64,000 nt of DNA from a virus. Below are positions 41,087 through 50,100 of this stretch, one piece after another; position 1 is the stretch's first letter; every line of letters begins with the position of its first letter. The notes beneath the pieces are model-generated. The model searched no databases. It was not told the DNA's origin and saw nothing but the letters and a program-made list of their open reading frames with translations. The stretch lies in IMG/VR virus record IMGVR_UViG_3300012924_000001, positions 14,335 through 78,334 of that record; one strand, given 5' to 3'. A program made the translations under genes and the position numbers.

Positions 41087-41518
41087 TTATAAATTTACTT
41101 GGATATCCAATTTATTTAGTTGCCGTATAATATATAAGCGTTCTGCTTCTTTGTGAGCGACTATTACCCCCAGGATCTGAAGTACAATCACCTCCGAAAG
41201 TACTATTGAAAACAATTCTTTTTGTTGATCTTTTTTTTGGTTGCCAAGCGTATTCCATGTAGATGGAAACATTCCCGGTTGAAACATTGCTAAATCATTT
41301 AATAGTTGATTTTTATTCATTCCCATAATAAGGCTCCCGTCATCATCAAAAAGGTCTTTTTTTATTTCTTCCTGTTTTGTGTGCGATAGATCCATTTTTA
41401 TCTTCAGATCGTTGTCTTTAATATTTGATGCATACTTTGCAAGTGAATTGATTTCTTTGCTTATGATTTCAAGGTTACGAAAGAGTAGATTGGCGCTTTC
41501 TAAGTCTGTTATTTTCAT
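41087..41518 (-). CDS. Hypothetical protein
   Basis: In operon. Confidence 0.55.
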   Translation of the reverse strand: MKITDLESANLLFRNLEIISKEINSLAKYASNIKDNDLKIKMDLSHTKQEEIKKDLFDDDGSLIMGMNKNQLLNDLAMFQPGMFPSTWNTLGNQKKDQQKELFSIVLSEVIVLQILGVIVAHKEAERLYIIRQLNKLDIQVNL

Positions 41519-41528
41519 GTATTTTATT

Positions 41529-41771
41529 TTACCAAGAAATAATATGTTCAGTTTCGTTATTATGAGTCATTGTTTTTACATGGTATTCAGCAGCTTCTAA
41601 CATTGATATTACTTGAAACGGCAACGGCCCGTCTATATTGATGCTATAAGCTTCTACACGTTGTAGTAGCTCTCTTATCATATCAATTATAAGGGCATAT
41701 TCTTTTATGTGTTGAGCACTTATTTTCAATGCCATTTCTGTTGCCATTTTTCTAGCTTCTTTTGCGTCCAT
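41529..41771 (-). CDS. Hypothetical protein
   Basis: In operon. Confidence 0.55.
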   Translation of the reverse strand: MDAKEARKMATEMALKISAQHIKEYALIIDMIRELLQRVEAYSINIDGPLPFQVISMLEAAEYHVKTMTHNNETEHIISW

Positions 41772-41772
41772 A

Positions 41773-42114
41773 TTAATTAACTATATAGTTTAAGAATTTT
41801 AGTTGCACTTTTATCTTTGTAATCTCATGTTCCTCCTGCCATTTCTTTAATACCTTCTTTTCTTCCGGATTCTTACTGTCCAGATATGGACACTTCTCCA
41901 TAAGATCATTATACTTTTGTTTCAGAGCACGTATTGATCCTGTTATATATTCGGCTTTAGGCGAACTTTCCAAATATATTACCACTTTGTTCAAGAACTG
42001 CAATCGTTTCTTAGCGGCAGAGATAGCACGTTTGCCATCCGTAACCGGGCTAAGTTGAAGTGCAAGTTCATGCTGCTCCATGAAGGCTTGTTTAACATCG
42101 AGAAGTGTTTTCAT
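41773..42114 (-). CDS. Hypothetical protein
   Basis: In operon. Confidence 0.55.
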   Translation of the reverse strand: MKTLLDVKQAFMEQHELALQLSPVTDGKRAISAAKKRLQFLNKVVIYLESSPKAEYITGSIRALKQKYNDLMEKCPYLDSKNPEEKKVLKKWQEEHEITKIKVQLKFLNYIVN

Positions 42115-42123
42115 GAGTATTTT

Positions 42124-42567
42124 TTATAGTCCAAATACTAATCGTGCGGCGTCTCTTATTTCTGGATTGGTACGAGACTGCACGCCTGTTATTTTTTTAA
42201 ATACATCTGCGTCCCATTTTTTTTGTGTAGGCCTAATGACATGATGAGGTATCATTTCTAGTTCACAATATTCCACTAGCAGTTTGCCTACAGCATGATT
42301 TTCGCCCACCCTTTTGGCAATAACCTCTCTCACGCTGGCTCCCTGTGCTTTATGGAAATTACTTTTTACGTTTAACCAGCCACCCTCAATGTATATTTTA
42401 ACGTCAGGTTCATTACCCTCCATTAGCGCTTCCATTTTTTTAAACTCCAGATAGTCTATCAGCTCAAAAAAACGCATTATCCCAAGCTGAATGAATTCTT
42501 TCCCGTTCCAGGTAGCGACCCCTGATTTGATCAGGTCCGGATCTATCCCTATACATATCTTACCCAT
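42124..42567 (-). CDS. RuvC-like Holliday junction resolvase
   Basis: IGIDPD...SG, IYIE, RDAA RNase H-fold motifs. Confidence 0.75.
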   Translation of the reverse strand: MGKICIGIDPDLIKSGVATWNGKEFIQLGIMRFFELIDYLEFKKMEALMEGNEPDVKIYIEGGWLNVKSNFHKAQGASVREVIAKRVGENHAVGKLLVEYCELEMIPHHVIRPTQKKWDADVFKKITGVQSRTNPEIRDAARLVFGL

Positions 42568-43442
42568 TATTCAAATATTCTTTTTTTACCTGCACCTTTC
42601 CATACCTTGAAGAGGTCGAGAAGAGCTATTCGCTTGGCGCAATTGATAACCCATTTTTTTTCTGAAATAGGTATCTCATTTTTTGCATAATCTGCTAGCA
42701 ATTGCTTTACCTCTTTATATTCTTGCACATGGGCTATGGACTGTTCATTGAGTATATGCAAACGAAGCCCCTGAGCCTCTTCCATAAACTTCTTTTTTTG
42801 ATCTACAGAATAAGAGATTAGTTGAAACTTATCTAAGATATCATAGATCCAATGCGCGTATTCCGGGCTAACGAATGAAAATTCTTTATTAATATATTTT
42901 CTATAATACTCATTGGCTATGTTCTTGTCTTCCATTTCCTGTTCTTCTTTGGTTAATTGAGGTGCTTCTATCATAAGGTACTCTTCTTCGCGTATTTTCT
43001 TGGCCAGATTTGCCCTCTTTTGCATATAGCGAAACAAGATGCCGCCGACATGCTCAATAGTCAAGGATGACCCATAGAAATCTATTTTATCCGTCTCCTT
43101 CCCGTTGGATGATCCCGGTAACTCCCCCGCAGCATTTAGCGTAAAAGCTAACACTATTTCGCTCGGAGTGATATTTGCATAGTGAGCATGGATGAACTTG
43201 TTGAAAAGCTTCGTGAACTCTTTGCTTACTCCTTCATCCACTTTTAACCCGGTTATCAAGCAAATCTCCTTGAGGATATCCCCCATTTTAGCCACAAAGG
43301 ATTGAGCGGGATATTCCCTAATCTTCTGGCTGCTGGCGTGCTGCCTCATCAATATCTCGTATGAGGTCAGCCGTGGCCCTGTCGATTGCTTGGATGCTAT
43401 CCGTAGTTGTCGATACTCTTCCGCGTCCATGGTTTTTTTCAT
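42567..43442 (-). CDS. Putative replication accessory protein (helicase loader-like)
   Basis: Follows the initiator; ITPSEIVLAF motif. Confidence 0.5.
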   Translation of the reverse strand: MKKTMDAEEYRQLRIASKQSTGPRLTSYEILMRQHASSQKIREYPAQSFVAKMGDILKEICLITGLKVDEGVSKEFTKLFNKFIHAHYANITPSEIVLAFTLNAAGELPGSSNGKETDKIDFYGSSLTIEHVGGILFRYMQKRANLAKKIREEEYLMIEAPQLTKEEQEMEDKNIANEYYRKYINKEFSFVSPEYAHWIYDILDKFQLISYSVDQKKKFMEEAQGLRLHILNEQSIAHVQEYKEVKQLLADYAKNEIPISEKKWVINCAKRIALLDLFKVWKGAGKKRIFE

Positions 43443-44079
43443 TTTCGTGATAATTCACGATAAAGTTATTTGCATTAGAAGCCCAATTTCGAATAGGCGA
43501 TCCACGTATTTCCCACTGAACACCCTCCCTGGCATTCCAATATTTTTTTGCCATCTCCTCCGTAGCCCCAGCACCACGAAAAAATCGGACGACTTCTTCA
43601 AGCGATGGAATGTTTGCTTTCGGGCGCGTAATATCTCCCTTCCCTTCCTTTCCCTTCCCTTCCCTTCCTGTCGTCCTGGGTATTTCCAAAGTGTTTCCAA
43701 AGTGATCCGAAGTGTTTCCTCCCGTTTGTTCACTCTTTTGAGCGGCTTTAGGCGGGGCCGGTAAGACACTTTCGGATTGGGCCTCAGAACCTGTTATTCT
43801 TTGGTGGACTGTAAAATTCTTGATTTGTATCACTTTCAGTTCGCCAACTTCATATCTTTCAATAAAGCCTGCACTTTGAAGCCGTGATAATTCAACATCA
43901 AGATTTACATTGCTGTAAGGGAAAATTTCTGCTTTTAACCTTTTGGGCCGATCCAGCAACCTACCTTCCTTATCTGCTTGTGTCCAAAGACCTATGAAAA
44001 GTAATCTCACAATGGCAGAGAGATCGGCTAAATCTTCATTTAAAAAAAAACTCGGTTTTATAGATCTTATCCGTGCCAT
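43318..44079 (-). CDS. Phage replication initiator / replisome organiser
   Basis: MARIRSIKPSFF...RLLFIGLWTQADKEGR; GKGKEG linker; PSLEEV...IRNW C-domain. Confidence 0.85.
   Translation of the reverse strand: MARIRSIKPSFFLNEDLADLSAIVRLLFIGLWTQADKEGRLLDRPKRLKAEIFPYSNVNLDVELSRLQSAGFIERYEVGELKVIQIKNFTVHQRITGSEAQSESVLPAPPKAAQKSEQTGGNTSDHFGNTLEIPRTTGREGKGKEGKGDITRPKANIPSLEEVVRFFRGAGATEEMAKKYWNAREGVQWEIRGSPIRNWASNANNFIVNYHENEKNHGRGRVSTTTDSIQAIDRATADLIRDIDEAARQQPED
43683..43719. repeat. Iteron-like direct repeats (putative origin) inside the initiator gene
   Basis: TTTCCAAAGTG twice, then ATCCGAAGTG and TTTCC; next to a CCCTT-repeat tract. Confidence 0.55.
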
Positions 44080-44088
44080 TGATCGTTT

Positions 44089-44370
44089 TTAATATAAACA
44101 CGCTTTCGCCCATCCATTTGCATCGAAGTACCCGTTCTTCTCCCACGGTGCTTTCTTTTCAAAGTCAAATGGTTCTTCCAGAAGTGGAGGGATACCATCT
44201 CCATTGTAAGAGTATATATATCCTCCCCAGAAATTTTCATCCTGAACAAGATGCCTAAACTTAGAAACATCCATTCTGATAGAGGCAGCCCCTTCTTTAA
44301 TAGAAGCGAAGCTATCTATCAACTCTCCTTTTACGTTATACTTAAAAACGGGGATGCCTATTTTTGACAT
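44089..44370 (-). CDS. NUMOD1-like DNA-binding protein
   Basis: PVFKYNVKGELIDSFASIKEGA. Confidence 0.65.
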   Translation of the reverse strand: MSKIGIPVFKYNVKGELIDSFASIKEGAASIRMDVSKFRHLVQDENFWGGYIYSYNGDGIPPLLEEPFDFEKKAPWEKNGYFDANGWAKACLY

Positions 44371-44636
44371 TATTCCTGTACTAATTTGTATTTTTTACAC
44401 CTAATCTTATTACCCTGCGAATCCATTACAGTTATCATCTTACCCTCTATATTAATTTTACTTCGATGTCGGAGGTCGGCAATTCTACTGTTTAAATAAT
44501 GTATACGATACAATCGTAAGGCTGAAAGGAAAGTAATTGTTTTCCCACTCGCTAAATGCTGATAAATTAATCTGTTCTGTCTTTCTAATTTATCAACATT
44601 AATAGGACTTGCAGTTGTCATTTTGAGGGTTGCCAT
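44370..44636 (-). CDS. Winged-HTH protein
   Basis: HLASGKTIT.LSAL...LNSRIADLR. Confidence 0.7.
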   Translation of the reverse strand: MATLKMTTASPINVDKLERQNRLIYQHLASGKTITFLSALRLYRIHYLNSRIADLRHRSKINIEGKMITVMDSQGNKIRCKKYKLVQE

Positions 44637-44648
44637 GGTACAAGCTGT

Positions 44649-45059
44649 TTAATATGGAATAGGTTCTTCTTTATACATTATATCGTGCCAATTTTGAGGA
44701 ACACCGTTGTGTAATAACCAAAGTATCCTCTTAGCAGCTCCTACAGGAGTATTGTCAGTTCGTTCCCAATCGGCATCAAAGCACCATCTCCACGCAATAG
44801 TAGAGGCTACTATGTTAAGACCAAAGACCCGCGTAATGTATTGACTCCATGTTTCACTGTCATACTTAGGGATACCGGCATGGGGACCATGTCCCGCAGC
44901 GCATCCGATAGTACCACATTCTACGGAATAATCATCATGATCCCAATCAGAATATGCTACCATATCGAACTTGGCCTTTAATTCTGGCCGCAGGAGATAT
45001 TCAGCAAGCTTTCTTAGATTATGTTCATGTTGCTGTGAAAGCTTAATTACATTTCCCAT
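44649..45059 (-). CDS. Hypothetical phage protein (CGTIGCAAGH motif)
   Basis: Recurrent phage motif; in operon. Confidence 0.6.
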   Translation of the reverse strand: MGNVIKLSQQHEHNLRKLAEYLLRPELKAKFDMVAYSDWDHDDYSVECGTIGCAAGHGPHAGIPKYDSETWSQYITRVFGLNIVASTIAWRWCFDADWERTDNTPVGAAKRILWLLHNGVPQNWHDIMYKEEPIPY

Positions 45060-45061
45060 GC

Positions 45062-45313
45062 TTATATATTTTGAAGTTGTTTAGCACCTCCTATCTTATC
45101 TCCTTTATAATGTTGTCCTTTTATTACTCCTCCTGTGGCGTTAAACATCTGGTTAAACATACTAATGTTGGCCCAATGCTTTCTTTGGTTAATAGGGTCA
45201 TATAACAGATACATATCCTCTCCATTGTTAGAGAGCATGTCTATTACTTTACGGAAGATTTGCTTTCCGTTATGTTTGTAGCTAAAGGTGCGATCTTTAA
45301 GAGAAATGTCCAT
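45062..45313 (-). CDS. Hypothetical protein
   Basis: In operon. Confidence 0.55.
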   Translation of the reverse strand: MDISLKDRTFSYKHNGKQIFRKVIDMLSNNGEDMYLLYDPINQRKHWANISMFNQMFNATGGVIKGQHYKGDKIGGAKQLQNI

Positions 45314-45315
45314 GA

Positions 45316-45729
45316 TTATAGGGTATTGTTGTTTTGTGAATAAGCTTTGTTCTCTTCTTTTAATGCAGAAATAGCGGTACGGAGGAAATCAAGTATATGC
45401 ACACAGGTTCGGTTTGTTCTTTCAATAGACTCCCAAATTGCCTCATAATTACCTGCTTTGGCTGTGGCGTACCTATTTGCAAGAGTAGCCTGTATCTGCA
45501 TCCCCTGTGCCATCTTACTGAATATATGGTTATCATATGCTTTTGCGGTTTCATTTCTCCATATCCTTTTTGCTACCGACATCTGTTCCCCTGTATAAGC
45601 AATCCAGGAAGAAAGGACTCCACCCAGATCAATCAATTGGCCTATCGATTGAGTAGAAGTGATGACAGTGTTTATGTTTTCCAGTTCTGTCTGGATATCC
45701 CTTAATCTGTATAAATGTTCTTGGGTCAT
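45316..45729 (-). CDS. Hypothetical helical protein
   Basis: In operon. Confidence 0.55.
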   Translation of the reverse strand: MTQEHLYRLRDIQTELENINTVITSTQSIGQLIDLGGVLSSWIAYTGEQMSVAKRIWRNETAKAYDNHIFSKMAQGMQIQATLANRYATAKAGNYEAIWESIERTNRTCVHILDFLRTAISALKEENKAYSQNNNTL

Positions 45730-46118
45730 TTCTTATTATTTAATGCATTTTCACAAAGCCTTACAACCGTTTTACATTGCTGTTCGTCAAACATGCCCAT
45801 ATGTGTCATCTCTCGCGGTATTCCCATCTGTATAGATAGCCAGTAATATGCATTCTCTCTTGTAAGCCGTTTGGTTGTCCATATTTTATCAAATGATTCA
45901 TGCGCTTTAATCTTCCATTGTCGTAAGCTCTTTTTTGCCACCCTCCCAAGCGCTTGATTTGTTCCTTTGTGTACACCAACCCAGGCCTTACACTTCCTAC
46001 ATATATACATCATCCCATAAGACTTACAATACACCTCTACACTATCGATATACTCTGTTGGTTTATTACAATACGGACACTGGTGACCAAGCATTATAGG
46101 ATCATCAGGTAGTATCAT
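45726..46118 (-). CDS. DUF3268-like zinc-finger protein
   Basis: CPYC...C..CKAWVGVHKGT..ALG...AHESFD.IW. Confidence 0.85.
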   Translation of the reverse strand: MILPDDPIMLGHQCPYCNKPTEYIDSVEVYCKSYGMMYICRKCKAWVGVHKGTNQALGRVAKKSLRQWKIKAHESFDKIWTTKRLTRENAYYWLSIQMGIPREMTHMGMFDEQQCKTVVRLCENALNNKK

Positions 46119-46654
46119 TTGGGCAACGTGATTTTGTAAGAGCTTTTTGATGATTTACTCGGACCTATATAAGTTTCTCCTGTCTGTTCATCAACCAGGA
46201 GTTTCCCGGCAGGAATGGTTTTTAATTTGTCCTCTAATGCTCTCATCTGTGCCTTGATCTCGCCTTCTTTTTCAGAAAGCTCTCTCCATTCTGAGTTAAG
46301 CGAATAATCATATCTGGTGCCGAATTCTGCCAGTTCAAACTTTACGCCACGCTCTGAGATATAATCCCTGCCGTGCTTAGATATCTCAGAAGTTATAAAA
46401 TCCAACAGTTCTTTATCATCACTAATAAACTCTTTTAGCTTAAACATTAACTGTAGGGTTTCCAGATACCTGAACATAGTGTCTCCCCCTTCTAAAATGG
46501 CCGCTTTTACCATTCCGTAAAACATCCCTACCATTTCTTTATTGAAGCCGGACAACATAGAATAGGAGAATCTGTTCGTATCCAAAAGACGTTGATCCTG
46601 ATCAGGATTTTTACTGAACCTAGCTTGTTCATCAAAAAAAAGATCTTTACTCAT
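46115..46654 (-). CDS. Conserved phage protein adjacent to ERF
   Basis: GTRYDYS...VDEQTGE...P.KSS motif. Confidence 0.6.
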   Translation of the reverse strand: MSKDLFFDEQARFSKNPDQDQRLLDTNRFSYSMLSGFNKEMVGMFYGMVKAAILEGGDTMFRYLETLQLMFKLKEFISDDKELLDFITSEISKHGRDYISERGVKFELAEFGTRYDYSLNSEWRELSEKEGEIKAQMRALEDKLKTIPAGKLLVDEQTGETYIGPSKSSKSSYKITLPK

Positions 46655-46656
46655 GG

Positions 46657-47250
46657 TTATTGAGGTTTAGTATTTATCATAATTTCAGAATGGCGTTTTA
46701 TCCCAGCGGCTTTCACCTCTTGATCTTTTGCAAATAGATCTGGATACATTTCCTTTAAAATCGTGAGGTCTTTTGCCTCCTGGCTCTTTTCGATAAGAAA
46801 TAAGACCTCTCCTTTCCTGGAGATAATTTCATGTGTTTCCTCTTCGGTATCCTTCTTGTCCTCTGTGGGAATAAGAAACATCTGCAATAGCACATATTTT
46901 AGAGCAGCGCTCATAGCCTTGTTACATCCTTTGTCTCCACTGTCCATTGCCTCCCCGATCATCGTAGCTTGGATATTGCTACCATCTTGTGTATAGAATG
47001 TAAATTCCACATGCACAAGGGTCCATATAAGTGCTTTATCTTTAGAACTTTGACGTTCTTCGCGGTCAAGCTTTATAACCTTTGGAGATATGAATACATC
47101 ATTTTTTGCAAAGATGGGATGCAGCTCGTTATAGACATCATCAATGCCCCTGAAGTTATAGTTCTGTGTTTGATTCCTTTTATCCTTCCCGATAAAATCA
47201 ATAGCATTGAGGATATTAATGATGCGTTGATATATAAAAGACGGTTCCAT
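46657..47250 (-). CDS. ERF-family ssDNA annealing protein
   Basis: YNFRGIDDVYN, GEAMDSGDKGCNKAMSAALKY, FLIPTE. Confidence 0.88.
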   Translation of the reverse strand: MEPSFIYQRIINILNAIDFIGKDKRNQTQNYNFRGIDDVYNELHPIFAKNDVFISPKVIKLDREERQSSKDKALIWTLVHVEFTFYTQDGSNIQATMIGEAMDSGDKGCNKAMSAALKYVLLQMFLIPTEDKKDTEEETHEIISRKGEVLFLIEKSQEAKDLTILKEMYPDLFAKDQEVKAAGIKRHSEIMINTKPQ

Positions 47251-47344
47251 AATAAGATAAGTATGAGCTATGTCCAGGGGTCGAACCCGGATCTCCTCCT
47301 TCAGGAAGAATCTTGCCATTAGACCAACACAGCTACCATGAGAG

Positions 47345-47704
47345 CTAAAGAGAAGTTGAAGGAGGATTAGTCGTAGCAGCTTTTACTGCCCACATTGCCC
47401 CTTCTTCATAAGCGGTTTGCGCCAAGCTGGCCAATCTCCCGTCAAGAGACTTTAGTCTTTCACAGAGATCAATTAAATCAGCTGACTTTTGTTTGATGTC
47501 ATCTACGAGTGAGTTACTTGAGGGATTGAAAGAGACCCGAACACGCCGCTGCCCGATAGAGATAGGAGCGGTGTTTGTTTCCGGTGTTACTGTTAATGGT
47601 TCTGAGGAGGTGATCATTGCTGTTTTTTTTATGGATTTATCGATTACATATGTTAAAGCGAATAGCGCAAAAAGAGACGCTGCGAACTGTATAATTATAT
47701 CCAT
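47345..47704 (-). CDS. Acb2/Tad1-like helical-hairpin protein with possible N-terminal membrane anchor
   Basis: RVSFNPS...RLASLAQTAYEEGAMWAVKAAT. Confidence 0.6.
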   Translation of the reverse strand: MDIIIQFAASLFALFALTYVIDKSIKKTAMITSSEPLTVTPETNTAPISIGQRRVRVSFNPSSNSLVDDIKQKSADLIDLCERLKSLDGRLASLAQTAYEEGAMWAVKAATTNPPSTSL

Positions 47705-47782
47705 TTTGTTTTTTTAAAAACCAGAGCTGAGAACAGCCCCGGCATTTACAATTAATCATGTGTGAAAATATACCCTTATACA

Positions 47783-48094
47783 CTACTGAGGATAAAAAAG
47801 AGGATGATCATTGTTAATGATATCGCTAACACCGTGCCGGTCCAAAAAAGTATCCTGTCCTGTCTCCGGCTGTTCATCCGGAGTGATGTATATCGCGGAT
47901 ATCTTCTCATACTTGTTTATTGCTTCTTCTATAATATAATACCTGTAAACTTTTGAACGGTAGGCTTTATTCACCACTTCCTTTCCGTCTACCTCTATCC
48001 TTATCCGACCAGATATGCGGCTCTCTGAGGTAGATGTATCTGGCGGGATAAGAAAAAGCCGCTGCATGTATGTGATGAGTTTTTGGAAGATCAT
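47783..48094 (-). CDS. Hypothetical protein
   Basis: 103-aa ORF. Confidence 0.5.
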   Translation of the reverse strand: MIFQKLITYMQRLFLIPPDTSTSESRISGRIRIEVDGKEVVNKAYRSKVYRYYIIEEAINKYEKISAIYITPDEQPETGQDTFLDRHGVSDIINNDHPLFYPQ

Positions 48095-48176
48095 AACAAT
48101 AGTTTTAAGGTTTAAAATAATACCGGCTGATAGGAATAAAAGCCGGATTACAATACCGTGTAAATAACCCTACTGT

Positions 48177-48329
48177 TTATCTGCGGTAATCAGAGTACGC
48201 TATACCTCCTATAGTAGCTGAAATGATCAGCCCAATAAGAGTGGGATATAATGAAGTCACATATATACCTAATAACAAGGAGATGGAGAAAAACACTCCT
48301 GCAAGGAGAATGATGATTCTACGTTTCAT
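48177..48329 (-). CDS. Small 2-TM membrane protein (50 aa, not in ORF track)
   Basis: MKRRIIILLAGVFFSISLLLG...; ATGA overlap. Confidence 0.6.
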   Translation of the reverse strand: MKRRIIILLAGVFFSISLLLGIYVTSLYPTLIGLIISATIGGIAYSDYRR

Positions 48330-48487
48330 TCTTCGTCTGAGGTGTCCAATGGTGCAGGCGCTTGTACAGAAAGTTCTACCCAGCCTCCTTTATCGTGTAT
48401 GGATTCTATTTCGTCCTGGTTCTCATCCGTTACATCTGCCTCCGGATTAACCTGTTTAAGTAAATCAATAAGTTCTTTTGCTTTCAT
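48326..48487 (-). CDS. Small acidic protein MKAKELIDLLKQVNPEADV... (53 aa, not in ORF track)
   Basis: Common phage N-terminal motif. Confidence 0.65.
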   Translation of the reverse strand: MKAKELIDLLKQVNPEADVTDENQDEIESIHDKGGWVELSVQAPAPLDTSDEE

Positions 48488-48521
48488 GATGTATATTTTG
48501 AGAGAAAAATGTCTGATATGA

Positions 48522-48773
48522 TTACAGGGCCAGAACAGCCTTTATCTTAGCCTTATATGCCGTTCGGAATTCGTTAATCCTTTTTACTACATCCAGGTCA
48601 AACGTTTTTTGATGAGAAAGCGTGAGGTAGTTGGTAACCACCTGTCTCTTAACACCTATCTCACGGGCTATCTGGCTATAGGGAACAGCTTCCAGGTCTT
48701 TAGCAGCTGCCGCGCTCCAACCTATTAACGATTCTTTAACAACTTTTATTTGACATTTGCAATCCATTTGCAC
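48522..48773 (-). CDS. Cro-like HTH regulator
   Basis: YSQIAREIGVKRQVVTNYL; divergent from the repressor. Confidence 0.7.
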   Translation of the reverse strand: MQMDCKCQIKVVKESLIGWSAAAAKDLEAVPYSQIAREIGVKRQVVTNYLTLSHQKTFDLDVVKRINEFRTAYKAKIKAVLAL

Positions 48774-48924
48774 TATATTAGCGTTGTGTTTGCAACAGGT
48801 GATGATGATTATTCTGCGCGATTGTGATGATTTAGCTACACGATGATGACAAATATGCGCTGTAGAATTGATAATAACAAATTTATTTTCTGTTTTTTTA
48901 CATATTTTTAACTGTAATATATTT
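48774..48924. promoter_or_regulatory. Lysis/lysogeny switch region
   Basis: Between divergent HTH genes; GATGATGA/GATAATAA direct repeats; minus-strand TAAATTTG at 48878-48885. Confidence 0.6.
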
Positions 48925-49371
48925 ATGACAAAAGGACAAAGAATTTCAGCAGCAAGGCGCGCTAAAAGCCTTACTCAGCAACAGTTAGCAGATGCGTGTG
49001 GAGTTACTAAGAATACGGTTTCCCGGTGGGAGATTGGTAAGAATAATCCAGATCAGGAGCGGATAGTTCAAATTGCCACTGCTGTGGGCTTTGATGTTGC
49101 TTATTTTGATTTTGAAGATGATATCTCAGTTGGCCATACACCGTTATTAGATATAACTGTTACACCCGAACGAGCCGTTATGATAATGATAGTCTCTTCG
49201 ATCTTGGATTTAGGTGAAGCAGTGCAAGATTTATCAATGCAAATAATCGATATGAGGGAAGTGCTTCTATTTACCGAGCAGGGGGAGACTGGTCAGAAGA
49301 AAAAGCAGCAGATGGAGAAGATGGAGCTAAAGATGGAAATGATAAGAAAAGCCATGCAAGCGCTTCAATAG
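48925..49371 (+). CDS. CI-like XRE repressor without S24 peptidase domain
   Basis: RRAKSLTQQQLADACGVTKNTVSRWEIG. Confidence 0.8.
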   Translation: MTKGQRISAARRAKSLTQQQLADACGVTKNTVSRWEIGKNNPDQERIVQIATAVGFDVAYFDFEDDISVGHTPLLDITVTPERAVMIMIVSSILDLGEAVQDLSMQIIDMREVLLFTEQGETGQKKKQQMEKMELKMEMIRKAMQALQ

Positions 49372-49642
49372 CCGATTTACGGCTACTTTCACAGGGGGCA
49401 GGGAATTGCTCATCCTTAGATGATTTCATCTTTTTTGAGGGCCTCTTGTTCGTCATAACTTAAATGTTTACTGGTGTGTAAGCTTGTTACATATCGGTTG
49501 TAGGGACAGCCGTTAAGGAAATAAGATTAGAATAGTTAGAAAACAGGATTGTATCAATAAGATCAGGACAACTAATGTAAGAAAAAGGATTTGATATAAC
49601 AAGGAAAAAAAATAAAACCTTTAAAAAAATAAAATTGGACTA

Positions 49643-50041
49643 ATGGATGATCTCTTTATGAAGCTAAGGCTTTTCTTAAAATCACCTTCTCGCAATCAAT
49701 ACATTCAGGACGATCATATGAAGATATATTTGAGAAAGTCTGTACGGAGGATTAATAATCAGTTCTATGCGTTTATTGATTTTGCTAACATTGAGATAAC
49801 AGATAGTAGTAAGCGTGGAAAAGGGTTGTTCACCCTGTTTTTGTCAACTTTCTTGAGTCGATATCCGGATATAAACATTTTTGTTGAATGCATACATAAT
49901 CCACATTTGACTTATAAATTAAAACAGTTTGGTTTTGTTGAGGCACGAACAAGTATACATGATTTACATATGTTTCTGCTTAATAGTAAAAACATCGTAA
50001 CTCCTTCAGATGTTTATTCTTTAAATAAATATTTTCACTAG
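49643..50041 (+). CDS. GNAT-like acetyltransferase
   Basis: FANIEI...KRGKGLFT motif A; LKQFGF. Confidence 0.6.
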   Translation: MDDLFMKLRLFLKSPSRNQYIQDDHMKIYLRKSVRRINNQFYAFIDFANIEITDSSKRGKGLFTLFLSTFLSRYPDINIFVECIHNPHLTYKLKQFGFVEARTSIHDLHMFLLNSKNIVTPSDVYSLNKYFH

Positions 50042-50073
50042 AGATTGTTTTCTCCGGATGGATATAATGTATG

Positions 50074-50081
50074 TAAATTTG
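50074..50081 (+). promoter_or_regulatory. Bacteroidota -7 element (TAAATTTG) of the fibre moron
   Basis: TAnnTTTG match ~20 nt upstream of the ATG. Confidence 0.55.
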
Positions 50082-50100
50082 CGTGTAAATCCGCATTTAC

